From: the human T2T-CHM13v2.0 reference genome, Homo sapiens
Assembly (NCBI RefSeq): GCF_009914755.1
Contig: NC_060943.1
DNA length: 64,000 bases
Direction: 5' to 3' (one strand)
Shown one piece after another: positions 25,563 through 40,431 of this stretch. Position 1 is the stretch's first letter, and every line of letters starts with the position of its first letter. Below the pieces are notes generated by a model. That model was not told where the DNA came from. It worked only from the letters and a program-made list of their open reading frames with translations, and made no database searches. Both the position numbers and the translations under genes were made by a program.

Positions 25563-25926
25563 GGCTGGGCAAGGTGGCTCATGCCTGTAATCCCAGCACT
25601 TTGAGGGGCCAAAGCAGGAAGAACCCTTGAGCCCAGGGTTCAAGATCAGCCTGGGCAACATAGTAAGACCCCATCTCTACAATAATAATATTGTAGAGAT
25701 AGTAAAACCCCATCTCTACAGCTAATAATGATAATAATAATAATAATAATAATAATAAATTAGACAGGCATGGTGGTGCATGCCTGTATCCAAGCCACTG
25801 GAAAGGCTGAGGTGGGAGGGTCTCTTGAGCACAGGAGTTTAAGGCTGCAGTGAACTGTGATTGTGCCACTGCCCTCCAGCCTGGGCAACAGAGTGAAACT
25901 CTGTCTCAGCAAAACAAAACAAAACA
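25563..25926 (+). mobile_element. AluJ with rearranged, expanded middle A-rich linker
   Basis: AluJ diagnostics (cttgagcccagg, aggctgcagtga). The linker carries a hairpin, a duplication and (TAA)n. Confidence 0.93.
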
Positions 25927-28039
25927 TTTAATGTCATTAATCCTAAAATTCAGAGACCGCCAACACTCAAATAAAGTTGGGCTCACATGCAAAGACCAAC
26001 TCTCCAAGAACTGGGCGTAAGATGCATGGAGGAGCCACCCTCCCTGCCCATCTCTCCTGGAACCAGCAGTTTGGAATACAGAAGGGGAAATGCTAGAATA
26101 GACAGCTCACCTTTATTTCTTACATACTTATGATTTACAAGACTTCTCTGACCATTCAAGAGGCCTCAGTGCCTTCATTCTACATTGAAGTAGAATAATA
26201 CGCAAAGAGATTTGCACAAACACTTTGCTAGCATTGCAGCCCTTACTCCCCCATCAATTTAGTTTGAGACCAAATACTAAAATACCCCAGCACCCAGTAG
26301 CAACCTGCTTGCCAGCGGAGAAAGATTTGATACAAGGTGTTTTCTTTTATAAGAGATGGGTAATCAAATCAGGCCTGAATTATCTAGATTTCATGCATTT
26401 TAGCATAAAATTAATTAGTTTGGAGAATTACGCAGTAGATAAACACACCAAACAGCTAGGCCTCCTTAATTGCATGTTTACATTTTTATATCCAGCTTTT
26501 TTCATTATCCCAAGGAGCTGCCTGTAGCATGACATTCCCATTAAGGAGGAGGAATCCACAAAATAATTTCATTTTTCTGTCTGCAGAGCTCCTGATAAAC
26601 TGACAGTGGCTTCCAAGCTCTCCAAATACATTTTATTTTCATTAAATGGCTAATCTAAAACCAATCAACCAAGACATATATAGAATGTCTGCACAGAATA
26701 AGAATGTGTAGCTTCTCCAGAAAGCATGTTAAAACAAATCCACAGCAATTATTCAGGCAGACAGTACCTGATAAAGGGAATCTGACTGCTGCAGTAGACA
26801 CCACAGCATGGGTATAGTAATGATGGACAGACTGTAAGTTGGGACCTGTCTCACCAATATGGCGGCATTAGAAACGCAGGTGTTGTGCTTACATTGAATT
26901 ACTCAGTGCAAACAGTCCACATATGGAGAAGATTCACAGTCCTGGAAGTATGAATCAAACCTCATCACCTAACACAGGCCAGCTACTGCTGTTCCTGAAT
27001 GAACCCAGGCTAAATCTATGGAAGAAATTAGTAACGAGAAGTGAGACATCAAACTGGGTATTGGTGGTGTGAATTGGTAATTGGTTATATCAACACAAAG
27101 ACCACATGAACAACCACGCTTAGTGACAAGTTTCCATTGATAACTGTTGTCGGCCATCATTTACAAACGGAATTAGATTGTTCCCTTTGACGCGCAAGTG
27201 AAACTCTTTGCTGTCAGGGGCTGTGTGCTAGTGAATGGACCTAGCACCCTGACATGGCAGAAGCAAGCACAGGGGGCAAAGTGACCCCATTTCCCACCTA
27301 ACGGGGCAGCTGTGTTCTGCTTCTCTCAGCTGTGCCCAGTATGAGACCCAGAATTTCTGGAAATGCACTTGTATTTGTGCCAGGAATGGAGGCATTTACT
27401 CCATTTCCAAAATTTCTTAGCCCTGAGTAAAAATACATCTACAAAGTCAACCCCATCCACCCTTTTCATGACTGTGTTAACCAAACAGGCACATTTATGG
27501 AGCACTTATTCTCTCTGGGAGTCAGTTGTCACTGGGAAGATCACCCAAGAAGAAGGACGAAGGAAGGGCCTGCCTCCCTCATCACGCTGACAGGCCTACA
27601 CACCTTTCTACTTGGCTTGAGACCCAGCCAACTTCTTTGCTCTTCCTGGCTGTTTTCAGATACAATAAAATCAAAAGAAACCTCAGTGGAACAATTAACT
27701 CTCTGGATATATGAAATGCCCTAGGGGAAGCCAGATTTTATATACAAGTCTTCTCTGCATAGGTTGCACTCTCCTGGATTTTGTGCTTCAGTATTTGGAA
27801 GGAATTATTTATGCTCTGACATGAAGCTAATGCATGTTATAAACAAAATCTGAATGCACTTTTCTTCCTGTTGTTGGTAGCCTGTGCACCTCCCAGGAGC
27901 CCAGGAAGCCTCTTGGCTGAGCTAAGGACAGGCAGGCCTGTGGATGAAACAAGTGGCACACTCACTCCGTGGGGTCTTCTTGTCCCTGTATCACCTGAGA
28001 TGCCCTGGTTTGAGACATGTGAGATGTTAGCTGACTTAT

Positions 28040-28450
28040 ATGTCAGCTTTTGCTGCCTAACAAAGTGGCCTCAAACTTACTGGCTTAAAAGCAACACGCC
28101 TTTATTATTTCTCATGACTCTGTGGTCAGCTGGATGGTTCTGGTCCAGATTAGGTTGGCTGATCTCTGCGGGACAATCTCATTGGCAGTGGGTCCATAAC
28201 AGCTGGATGGTTTAGGATGGCCTCACACAGACAGTTGGCAGGCTGGAGGCCAGTTCCCCTCCTTGTGGCCTCTTGTCCTCAACAGACGAGCTCAGGCTCA
28301 TTCACGCAGTGACCTCAGGGTTCTAACAGCAGCAAGAGAGCGAGCTGCAATGACAAGTGCTTCTCAAGTCTCTGCTTGTGTCATTTTCGGCTGATATCCT
28401 ATGGCCAACAACAAGCTACGTAATTTGTGACCATTTTTGTGATTTACCAT
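28040..28450. mobile_element. MaLR LTR (MLT1H/I/J-like)
   Basis: tgtcagcttttgctgcctaacaaa...tggcttaaaagcaac...ttattatttctcatgactctgtgg...ccatttttgtgatttacca. Confidence 0.65.
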
Positions 28451-28554
28451 AGACAATTCTAAGATCACCTGCTTAGAATTTAAAGAGAATCGGCTAATTT
28501 AAACATGAAATATTAAAACTATATAAGCCAGACATAGAAAAGACTGGCCCAGTG

Positions 28555-28995
28555 TATGTCTTAGGCTGGGTTTCCCCAGAAGCAGACTCTGAGACAACGA
28601 CCTTTGTGCAAATCATTTTCCTGAAAGGAGACCCCAGAAAGTAACTGTAGGGAAGAAGGGAAATGGAGGAGTAGAAGGGGGAAAGTATGCCGGTGATCAG
28701 GTTGTTACTGCAGAAAGTGGCTCAGTCCCACTGGGGACCTCTGGGAGGTGACACAGAAAGACACCTTAAAATTCTCCAACCCAGGAGTCCAAGAGAGCTG
28801 GGTATCAGTCCACCACCTCCTGTCCATCACTAGTTGAGGGGTGTTCCAGGGCCATGACTCCCCAGAACCTCTGTCCAGGCTGCACATGGCCCAAGCACTG
28901 TAGTGGCCAGAGAAAGCCCTCAGGCAGGAGGTACAGGTGAGACACTGACAGCATCTGCCACAGTGGAATGACCTGGACAAGGCCACCTGGGCCCA
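28555..28995. mobile_element. MaLR LTR (MLT1J/K-like)
   Basis: tgtcttaggctgggtttccccagaagcagactctgagacaa. Confidence 0.65.
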
Positions 28996-31009
28996 CACCC
29001 AGCTTCAGTCATTACGGTGTGACCTCTAACAAGTTTCTTTATCTCTCTGTGCCTGTTTCCTCATAATAGTATTTATCTCATAAAATTGTTAAGACAATTA
29101 AATAGATGTTATTCACTTTTTTAAATATCATGATGTCAACACCCACCAGGGTCTGCTCTCCTGGAACAGACCCAGGTTTCTGGAAACTACTTCAGGAGCC
29201 CAAAGGAAAAAAAATCCAAAGGTGCTTTTGCTCTCAGAGCTGAAAGAATTTAACTCTTGATTACAGGAACTGTCAGGATTTTTATTAATAAGTATTCTGC
29301 AGTGGTGAGAGACAAATCACAGAGCATAGGTAAATAAGTAGGGGAGAAAGCCTAAAGCCAGGGGAAAACCTAAAGTTAGATTGCAGTGGAAATCCTCATC
29401 TCAGCACGCCTCCCACACCAGGCACCTTAGCAAATGCTGCATCAGAGCAGAGTGCTACCAGGGAGAGGCAGCCACCTGTGCCCCATCCCCAGCCCATCGT
29501 AACTTACCCAGCTTTACCCCTTCTTTCCTTGGTCTCCTCCAGAAAAGTCCTTCTGGGAGATGGATCCATTATCACCCAAGCATCTCAGCACTTCACCCGT
29601 TAGCAGCTGAAGCCCCAGAAGCTCTCCACATGCTGTTCAGATTAACTTGGGTTTGCAGGAATTTGTTTGGGATGGATGAGTCTGCAAAACAATCAGCATC
29701 AGTCCTGAAATTGGAAGCATGATGGACTGTGAGGAAAACCTGTTTCCAGGGCTTCGCTACTGAAGCCTTTCCTGCTTTCTCCCCACCTCCTCAGCTCCCT
29801 GCCGGCCTTTGTAGGGTCAGAAACCCTGAGCCTGGCACACCCCATGGACTCTCTCTTTTCTAGCAACAGTAATCACTAGGATTTAATGAGCACTTTCCTT
29901 GTGCGGACCCCTGTGCTGAATGCCCATGTGGTTGTTGGCACTATGGTCTCACTTTACAGATGAGGACTCTGAGGCACAACCAATCAAAGCAGGCAGAAAG
30001 TAAAGAGTCAAACCCAGGCAGACAAAAGTCCTGTTGCCACCTCTGCACGATCTGACTGCATTGCACCTTTTTCCATATTAGTGTGTCTGTGCACCTTCCT
30101 CATCCCCCTGGCTAGGCTGTAAGTTGCTTCAGGGCAGAGTCCTTGGAATTCTTACGTGTGAGGGACTCAGTGAAATAATTTCATTAAATTAAATCCAGCC
30201 TCTTTTACCAAATGAAGGCATCTCTTTTCTGTCATCATTTATTTCTTGCTTGAGTAAAGATAGACTGTCCTGTTGGTAAGCAGACCTCATTGCTGGGAGT
30301 TCTCCTATATTCTTAGCTGACAGCCACTCCTCTGGCTCAGAATGATTCCCTCTTCCATGTGATAGGCCTTCCAGTATGAGAAGACAGCAGTCATGGCACC
30401 TCATGGTCTTTTCTCCTCTGTTTCAGACACTCTCCTTCTGCCATGAAACGCAGGTCTCCTCTGCCCTGGGCCACTTGTCTCTGAACATCATCCCTATGAC
30501 CAATGTGACCTTTTCAAAGCTGGGTGCTCAGACCTGGATAAGCCAAATGTGGCTGCCCAGGGCATAAAGTGGTGTCTTGCCAACAGCTCTACCAACATGA
30601 CTGGCCCTCAAAATATTTTTTGTAGAGTAATAGCCGAATGTGTTGAGTAACTGGGCAAATGACAAGCATGACCTGAACCTCATCATTAACTTTCTGAGAT
30701 TATGTCCTTATTTGAAAAATGGAGGTGATAATCTCAGTCTTTCCCACTTCAAAGTTTGGCGAAGAGGAACAAATAAAACAGCACATATGGGAATTGCAAA
30801 ACATAATTAGAAGTCATGTGATGTATCAATTTAATCTCTTCACTATCACAGCCAGGGGAGGACCAAACTTGCCAACCGCTTGAGGGGAAAAAGAAGGTAG
30901 GTCCATTCTCTAACAACAACAACAAAAAAATCTATGATTCAATCGAGACCTAAAGACCTGACAAGCAGTTGGTGGAACCAACAGGGAGCTCATCCTCTAT
31001 GCCTACAGT

Positions 31010-31585
31010 TGACATCAGTCGTTTTGGCTGCCCATTATCCTTCCATCCTTCTTTTGGTAAAACAGTGTCTCAGCAATTTTCTGGGTAACCAGCCGTCCCT
31101 CACTTTCACACCAAGTTAATGGAAAGGGACTAACTCCATGCCCCAGCCCCAGGGGTGGGCTCTGATTGGCTTTCACCGAATAGCATATTCCACCTTCTTG
31201 GTCACAGAGATTGGTTCGTGGATGAACATTTCCACTGACATCTCAGGCCAGTAAAAATCCAGCTGAAAACTTCTTTTCAACAATTGAAAATAGTAACCCT
31301 CTCTCTTCTGCTGCATGTGCACAAGGAAGGCTGTAGCCCCTGAAGTACCGATAGCCACCTTGAGACTGAAGAAAGAGCCTGCCAAAGAAATGAGCAAACA
31401 TTCCTGAAGGTGAGTCAAGAAATAGATAAAGAAAGTAAAACCTGGGTATAGTGTTTGAAGCTGGATCAAGCTGTACCTGAAGTGAGACAAGCCCTGTATT
31501 TTTCAATTACAGGAGCCAACGAATTCTCTGTACCGTTTTACCAACTTAGGTCAGATTTTATGTCACCTGATATCAAAAGGATTCT
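31010..31585. mobile_element. MaLR LTR (MLT1-like)
   Basis: ccccagccccaggggtggg...ggtcacagagattggttc...ctggatcaagctgtacctgaag...ttttcaattacaggagccaac. Confidence 0.6.
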
Positions 31586-32118
31586 TCTGGGTAAAGTCCT
31601 CTCTGTCACTTCCTACGTTTTCTCTGTTTCCTTGTATAACTTCAAGTATTATAATGCAGGAAACAGCCATTCAGCCATCTCCAAACAGTGAGAAAGACTC
31701 CATGAACCTGGTGCAAACCATAGAGTGCCCTTTCTGAGAAAATGGAGATGGTAGAATCTGCCTTATAGAGCTGTTTTGAGGATTAAAGAAGGTAATGTGT
31801 GTAAGTTGCTTTGCACATTGCACAGCACATGTTAAGTATGCAGCCTATTTTTCTTTTATTATCCAAAGGCACTCTTCTACTGTGTCCCCAGCCCTTCACA
31901 AAAGCTTCTAACTTTAATCACAAGAGTCATGGATGCACAAACACGCTAAGTTACAAGTGTAAAATGAGAATTAAAGTCGGACCACAAAGAAGCAACCTGC
32001 AGGGAGGGGCCAATGAGGAAAGGCCCCTGAGCCCCTGTGAGTGTCAGTCCTGGCTCCTTGAAGCTGGTCCAATCTCCATAAAGGCTGCCATGCACCATGG
32101 AACAGCTGCTTTTGAGGA

Positions 32119-32546
32119 TGTGTTAGGGTTTCCCAGAGAAGCAAAACCAATACGCACACACAAACACACACACTCACTTACACACAAGTGTAAGATGAGA
32201 ATTAACATCTGACCACACACACACACACACACACACATTAATTGGCTCACAAGATCATGGAGACTGGGAAGTCCCATGACATGCTGTCACAAGCTTGGGA
32301 GCCAGGAAATCTGGGGTGTCATTCAGTCCAAGTTTGAAGACCTGAGAACCAGGGGGGCCGATGGTGTAATGTCTGAGCACAGGGCAAGATGAGATAAGAC
32401 ATCCCAGCTCAACAGTGAAGCAGAAAAATAAATGTACTTCACTAAGTCCACCAACTCCAACCCCCCACAGACACACCAAAAATAATGTTTAACCAGACAT
32501 CTAGGCATCCCCAGATCCAGTCAGATTGACACATAAAATTATCACA
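32119..32546 (-). mobile_element. MLT2B-like ERVL LTR with internal (CA)n
   Basis: tgtgttagggtttcccagagaagcaaaaccaata...attggctcacaagatcatggagactgggaagtccc...ttgacacataaaattatcaca. Confidence 0.85.
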
Positions 32547-33589
32547 GGCAGTCTTTGAAAGACTCGGCAAATTTCCAGAATTTTGGTTTTACCAGCTTCA
32601 AACAGAGAGAGTAAAATCTTCCTCATCAGAGTGCCCTGGAATGGAGGAGCCTGTGCACCCCTGGGCCAAGAAACTAACACCCATCTGCCCATCCTTCTTT
32701 TACACTAGCTCCACCCCAACCTAGGAGATGCTCCAAGTCTAAAGATGTCTTCATCATACTTCCTCCCCATCCCAAGAGTCCTCCTTTTCTCCAGAGGCTG
32801 CTTCTGGTACCCAGACAGACAGTAATAGCCCCTGCATGGATGACGGACATATCACTAGATACCCCCCTGGCAGAGTGCATTTATAGAGGTGTCTAACCCT
32901 CCTCTTAGGTACAGAGAGCCATATCCTTTATGCATTTGTAAAAATGTTCAACATCGTAGGTACTTAAATGATAAATTTTAAATGTATCTTAACATCCTCA
33001 AGTCACCATAGTTTCAGGGTCTCAGCAAATTCTCTATCATCATCATCAATAAAGCCACATGCATCGGGTTTCCCAGAACTGCTTCTCAGTTTCCAAAAAC
33101 TGCTTTTTTCCAGCTCTGTCTGAAAACATCTCCTTTAGTTTTCACTTGCTTTAACCTGCTATGCAAAAGGTATAGATTTACTTAACCAATTTACTTAAAT
33201 ACTTGACCAAATCTAACTTTTACTCTCCTACAAAAGATGTTCAGATTTGTCATTTCATTTACATCTTTTCTGGGTCCTTAGAAAATAGGGTCACATTCAG
33301 TAATGAAATTTGTTTTCTCTATCTATGGAAATTTGCTCCTGAAGTCTGCAGCCAAAGGTGTAGGAGACAGGGAGAAAAAAAAAAAGGAGAAGAAAGGAAG
33401 AAAAAGAGGAGAGGAATACAGAGAAATTATTTTCTTGAACACTATTGTTTGATGAAAGGTTTATAAATGCGCATAATTTTTGAGACTATATTTTATCAGA
33501 CACACTCTTACATAGTCAATTGTAACAATTTAAATGTTGCTTGCTTTCATGGGGACAAATAATAAATTTAACAATTTAAAAAGTTATCA

Positions 33590-33958
<369 letters not shown>

Positions 33959-34334
33959 TCAATCTCAGAAATTTCACCGTTAGGCAAATTGAGTAGCAGA
34001 TTTTTAGGTCTTAATGGAAAAAAAAAGAGAAAAAATTTGCTACTTTTGGGGGACTATGCTTCTACCCGTCCATGCACTACTTACCTTCCAAGACCTGAAA
34101 TTTAGACCCACATGACCAACCCAATGGTCCACACTTGCCTTGAGCTCAAGGTTCTCCTGGTGAAAGAAACTTCTTATAGAAATATGTAATTGAGGTAAAG
34201 CAAAGAAGCCTTACTCTTTACAGGGACTGGTTCTCAGCTCTTGAAAGCAAATGTCCAAGGGCCTCCCCATTTCCAAGCTGGGGTTGGCAGGGACAGGCCC
34301 ACAGCCAGTGCAGCCTGATGAGCCCACTCCATAG

Positions 34335-34847
<513 letters not shown>

Positions 34848-35499
34848 TGAGAAAGTTCCAACTCTATTTTAAGCCTTTAAATACCTCTTAACTAAAGAAT
34901 GAAGTAAATGGAAACCACAGGCACCTGTTAACAGCCCAACGATCAGCTATTTTGTATTACCCGAAGCCAGAAACAGCAGGCAGATGGGGAAACCAAGGTG
35001 TACAGCAAGGTGCAGGGAATTGTTTAGGTTCCCAAAATTGTGGCTGGCATCAGCAGGATTGGAATCTAGGTCCACGACTTCTACCCTGAGAGACAAGAGC
35101 AGGCAGGCAGTGTGGCACCATGAAGAGAGCTGGATTCTAAAGAGGCAGTCAGTAAAAATCCAGCACAGGGCAGCCAATGTCACCAGAAATGCAATCTCCT
35201 CTTTAGAAGAGGCACGAGCTCCCTGCTGTCACAGAGAGCATTTTCCATCCAATAAGCAGTTATGGAGCTGCATTTATTCCCTTGTGGAAACACATAAGGA
35301 AGAACATCCTATTGTGAGCTTACAGATGCCAGGACCCAAGCCAACTTTATGAACAATGACAGCTCATGGCATGTGAATATTGGTGCATGTTCCAGGAAGG
35401 AGACAAATGCTATGGTTTCTCTGGAAAAAGAAAACATGGCAGCATTCCACAGAGAAAAAACAATAATGACAAATACCCTGTCCAATGTATTACAGTTAT

Positions 35500-36249
<750 letters not shown>

Positions 36250-37840
36250 GAAGTCAGCTCTTACTATTGGTATTAAATTCTGAAAACAAGTCTGTTTGGA
36301 ACAGGCTCACTGATATCCAATAGCTGCTGTTACTGATGAAGGATCTGAGGCTTGGAGAGACTGGTGTCTCAGCCAGGGCATTTCAGGAGAAGGCAGGCAG
36401 GCAGGAAAGAACCCAGGCTCTGCTCCCTCACTCCTCCACTCCTCTTGGTCAAAATAACTCTGAAGTTAGGGTTAAATAGTAGGGATGAAGGCTCGTGTTT
36501 CACTCTGTACTTTTCAAAGCAGTTTCTCTCCCATTACCTCACTTGGTCAGCAGAACAGCCTGTGCAATGGGAGAGCAGGGTAGCTTCGATCATCTCCATT
36601 TCTCAGACAAAGAAATTGAGGTATGACAGTGAGTGGCTGGCCCTGGTCACAAGCTCCTGGAGCAGGGGTGTGGCTGGACTCCACAGCCCTCTGTTCCTGG
36701 TCAGAAGTGTTCTTCTTTCCATCCTGCTGTCTCTTGGGATGCTCGCCAATGTTTTGGTGCCTTCAGCAGTGAACAGCAAAATGCTTACCGTTCCCAGACA
36801 TTTCAAAGTAAACTTGTCCATCTGACAGGAGAATAAGAATCAAAGCCTCCTTGGAGGAAATCCAGATGGCAAGCTTCTTACCTCCACCTTTCAGCTCTCC
36901 ACTTAATTCTGTGGATGGTGCTGCCAATAAGCCAGGCTTCATTTAACTGTCAAAAGGACAATGTTTCAGCAGCGTTCCTGGGAATAGGTGGGAGGGAGGA
37001 GAGGGCTCTGGGCCGTGGGTGGGAGCAAAAAGAATGCAGGACCCCACATCCGTGCTCACTGTTCATCTGCATCTCAACCCGTTTCATTCCCTGGTATTTT
37101 CTCTTCCTGTATTCATTCCTGCCATGATGCATGCATACATTCTAACAGGCATAAATGTAACAACCCAGTCAACTGTGTATATAGATTCCCCGTGAGGGTA
37201 CAGGCAGCTCGGCTTAGTTTGTGATCATTTTTATTTCATTGAAAGCCTCAGAGTGTCATCAGGTACTGTTAATTTAACTGCTCTATGGAATAGACCCAGT
37301 TTATTGGAGATAATGGGGAGAGACAGTCTCAGAAAATTCAACGCTGCAGAGGGCCCTTTCCTCTGGAGTAATGATCGGACACAGTGTCAGGACGTGGCCT
37401 CCTATAATGCACCGCAATCGCAATGTAATGATGCCTTATGAACTTTAAAGTTATTTCCTTCCGTGGAGCCTGCCCTTGGTGCTTTCTGAAGGTGCTTGAT
37501 CATGAGAGAGAAGAGTGATTCACTACCGGCTTTTGTAAAACTTGTGAGATGGCTGAGCCAGAGCCCTCTGGCCACAGAGCTAGAAAGGCCAGGCCCAAGG
37601 TGGGGCTACACAGAGGCCACCAACTCAAGTCCCAGGTCATACAGGTTGCTGTCAGACCCCAATCTGCCACTGATGTTGGTCAAGTGTCATAACTGTGCTG
37701 AGACAATTCACTTGCAAATAGGGACAAATCAAAGTAACTACCTCCTTGAGTTGTGGGAGGATTGAGTAAGAAAGTGCTTATGGCACATAAGAAGTATTCA
37801 GTAAGTATTGAGCATTACATTATCAATATTTACTCTCTAT

Positions 37841-38330
37841 TTTTTTAAATAATTTCAACTTCTATTTTAGATTTAGGGCTTACATATGCAGATTTATTAC
37901 AAACTATGCATCCAACAATGGTCTAATATCCAGGCTCTATCAGGAACTTAACTCCACAAGCAAAAACCAAATAACCCCAATAAAAAGTAGGCAAAGGACA
38001 TGAACAGATATTTCTCAAAAAGAAGACATGCAAGTGGCCAAGAAACATTTAAAAATGCTCAACATCACTAATCATCAGATAAATGCAAATCAAAACCACA
38101 ATGAGATACCATCTCATACCAATCAGAGGTCTATTATTAAAAAGTCATACAATAACAGAAGCCAGCAAGGCTGTGGAGCAAAAGGATTGCTTATGCATTG
38201 TTGGTAAAAATGTAAATTATTTCAGTCCCTGCGAAAAACAATTTGGAGATTTCTCGAAGAATATAAAACAGAAATACCATTTGACCCAGCAATCTCATTA
38301 CTAGGTATATGCCAAAGGACAATAAATCAT
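37841..38330 (-). mobile_element. 5'-inverted (twin-primed) old L1PA/L1PB insertion
   Basis: Antisense L1 3' end (37841-37900) joined to a sense ORF2-end segment (37901-38330, [13 protein letters not shown]). Candidate TSD tttactctctat (37829-37840) / tttactttctat (38331-38342). Confidence 0.8.
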
Positions 38331-38957
38331 TTTACTTTCTATGTTTTAGACTGCAAATGTCAGCATACTTGACTGGTTAAAAAGAAAAGACAGTTAATTC
38401 ACATGCCATATTCTTCCTCCATGGTGAAACCATGGCTAATGCATTTCACCTTACAAGTTTTTATGGAAAGAGACATACATCTGAACATTTGTACAATATT
38501 TTTTTTCACTTAACCAGACAGCGCAATGAAATATTTGAGAATGTTTCATGCTAACTGTTCATAAATCAGATCCGCACACTTTTTTTGTGATTTTACTTCA
38601 CTGTTTTTGCCTTGTCTGTGCAATGCACATCACACTCGGGGCCATTGTTCCCCTGCCTCTTTTGCAGGTTTACATGTGGCCTGGAACATCTTCCATGGGC
38701 TCCTCAAGAGCTCTCCCTCCTCTCCTCCCTGCTTTGATGTGCTGTAGGCTCCCAGCCTTCTGCTTCTCCAGCCAAAGAACACCGCTAAGAAGGAAACTGT
38801 GGCCCTGTAGGAGCCCTTGACTCCTTCACCGAGGCTGATGCATCCCTCATTAGGGGCCCTGCTCCTATTCAAGGAGATCTTCCCTACATCTTTCTTCTTC
38901 CAAGTTTCTATCCACTGCTGTCCCCTTCTCCCTTAGGCTCTGAGGGTGATAGGCACA

Positions 38958-39078
38958 TAGCCATAGCAAGACTCAACAAAAAGAACAAATCTGGTAGCAT
39001 CACATTACCCTACGTCAAACTATACTACAAGGTTATAGTCACCAAAACAGCATGGTACTGGCAGAAAGCAAAAAAAAA
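38958..39078 (+). mobile_element. Isolated L1PB-like ORF2 snippet
   Basis: caaaaagaacaaatctggtagcatcacattacc...caaactatactacaagg...caaaacagcatggtactgg, homologous to ~52010-52110 of the full-length L1. Confidence 0.85.
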
Positions 39079-39275
39079 TGCCCTTGAAATTTTTATTTTT
39101 TCTGTGGTTTTGTTTTATTATATAAGCATGAGCAAAATTATAATCAACTTATGTAATTTAGAAATGTTCAAGGGGTCTTTTAGTTCTATCATTTTATGAA
39201 TTTATTATTTAATATCTTGGTCTCACTATTTTAAAAAAATGCCATATGTATACAGTTTTAAAAACCTATATAATT

Positions 39276-39566
39276 GGCCAGGCAAGGTGGCTCATGCCTG
39301 TAATCCCAGCACTTTGAGCGGCCAAGGCAGGTGGATCACCTGAGGTCAGGAGTTCAAGACCAGCTCGGTCAACATGGCAAAACCCCGTCTCTATTAAAAA
39401 CAAAAAATTGGCCAGGCATGGTGGCAGGCACCTGTAATCCCAGCTACTCAGGAGGCTGAGGCAGGGAGAATTGCTTGAACCTATGAGGTGGAGGTTGCAG
39501 TGAGTCAAGATCACGCCATTGCACTCCAGCCTGGGCGACAGAGCGAGACTCCATCTCAAAAAAAAA
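39276..39566 (+). mobile_element. AluSx-like with TSD
   Basis: TSD aaaaacctatataat (39260-39274) / aaaaatctatataat (39567-39581). Confidence 0.96.
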
Positions 39567-39714
39567 AAAAATCTATATAATGAATCATCATAAAAGAAAT
39601 GAAAAATACAGCTGAACAAGAAGAAAATTAAATCACTCACAATGATGCCACGTATGTATGATGTCTTTGAAATCAAACTGTCTATACTCACAAACTCATA
39701 TTTCCTTTTCATTT

Positions 39715-39975
39715 ATTTTAAAAAATTGTAAAAAACATTTTGTGGGTACATTTAGGTGCATATACTTATGGAGCACAAGAAATGTTTTGACACAGACATG
39801 CAAAGCAAAATAATTACATCATGGAGAATGGGGTATCTATCCCCTCAATCATTTGTTTTTGTGTGTGTGTTACAAGGAATCCAATTATAGTCTGTTATTT
39901 TTAAATGTACAATTAGATTATCACTGAATATAGTCACCCTGTTGTACTATTAAATAATAGATCTCACTCCTATAA
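39715..39975 (-). mobile_element. L1MA 3' end
   Basis: tttgtgggtacat...aatgttttgacacagacatgcaa...catcatggagaatggggtatctatcccctcaa. Confidence 0.85.
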
Positions 39976-40431
39976 TTTTCATCCCTACTTCTCCTCCAAA
40001 ATTGTTGTTCTCAAGCTTGCCACTGATTTTCACTCTAATAAAGGTAGACACAATTACTTAGATCTCATTTTATTTAACCTGTCAGCAATGTGTGACCCAG
40101 CTGAAAACCCTCTCCTCCATAATACTTTCTTCACTTGGCTCTCAGGGTCTCCTGGTTTTTCCTCCTGCTATCCCATCCATGTACCATCATCTATTTTGCT
40201 TGCTTCTCCTTGTCCCCAACCTGTCACACATTGAAGTGTTGCAGGACCCAGGCCAGGATCTTTCTCATGACTTTCAGCACCTTGTACATGCTAATGACTT
40301 CCCAACGTGTATTTCCAGTCCAGGTTTCTTTCTTGAGTTCCAGACATCTATATCAAACTGCCTACTTGATACCTCTTTTTACTTAGCTGCTGGGTATTGC
40401 AATGTTATCAGGTCCAAAATTGGGCTGCTGA

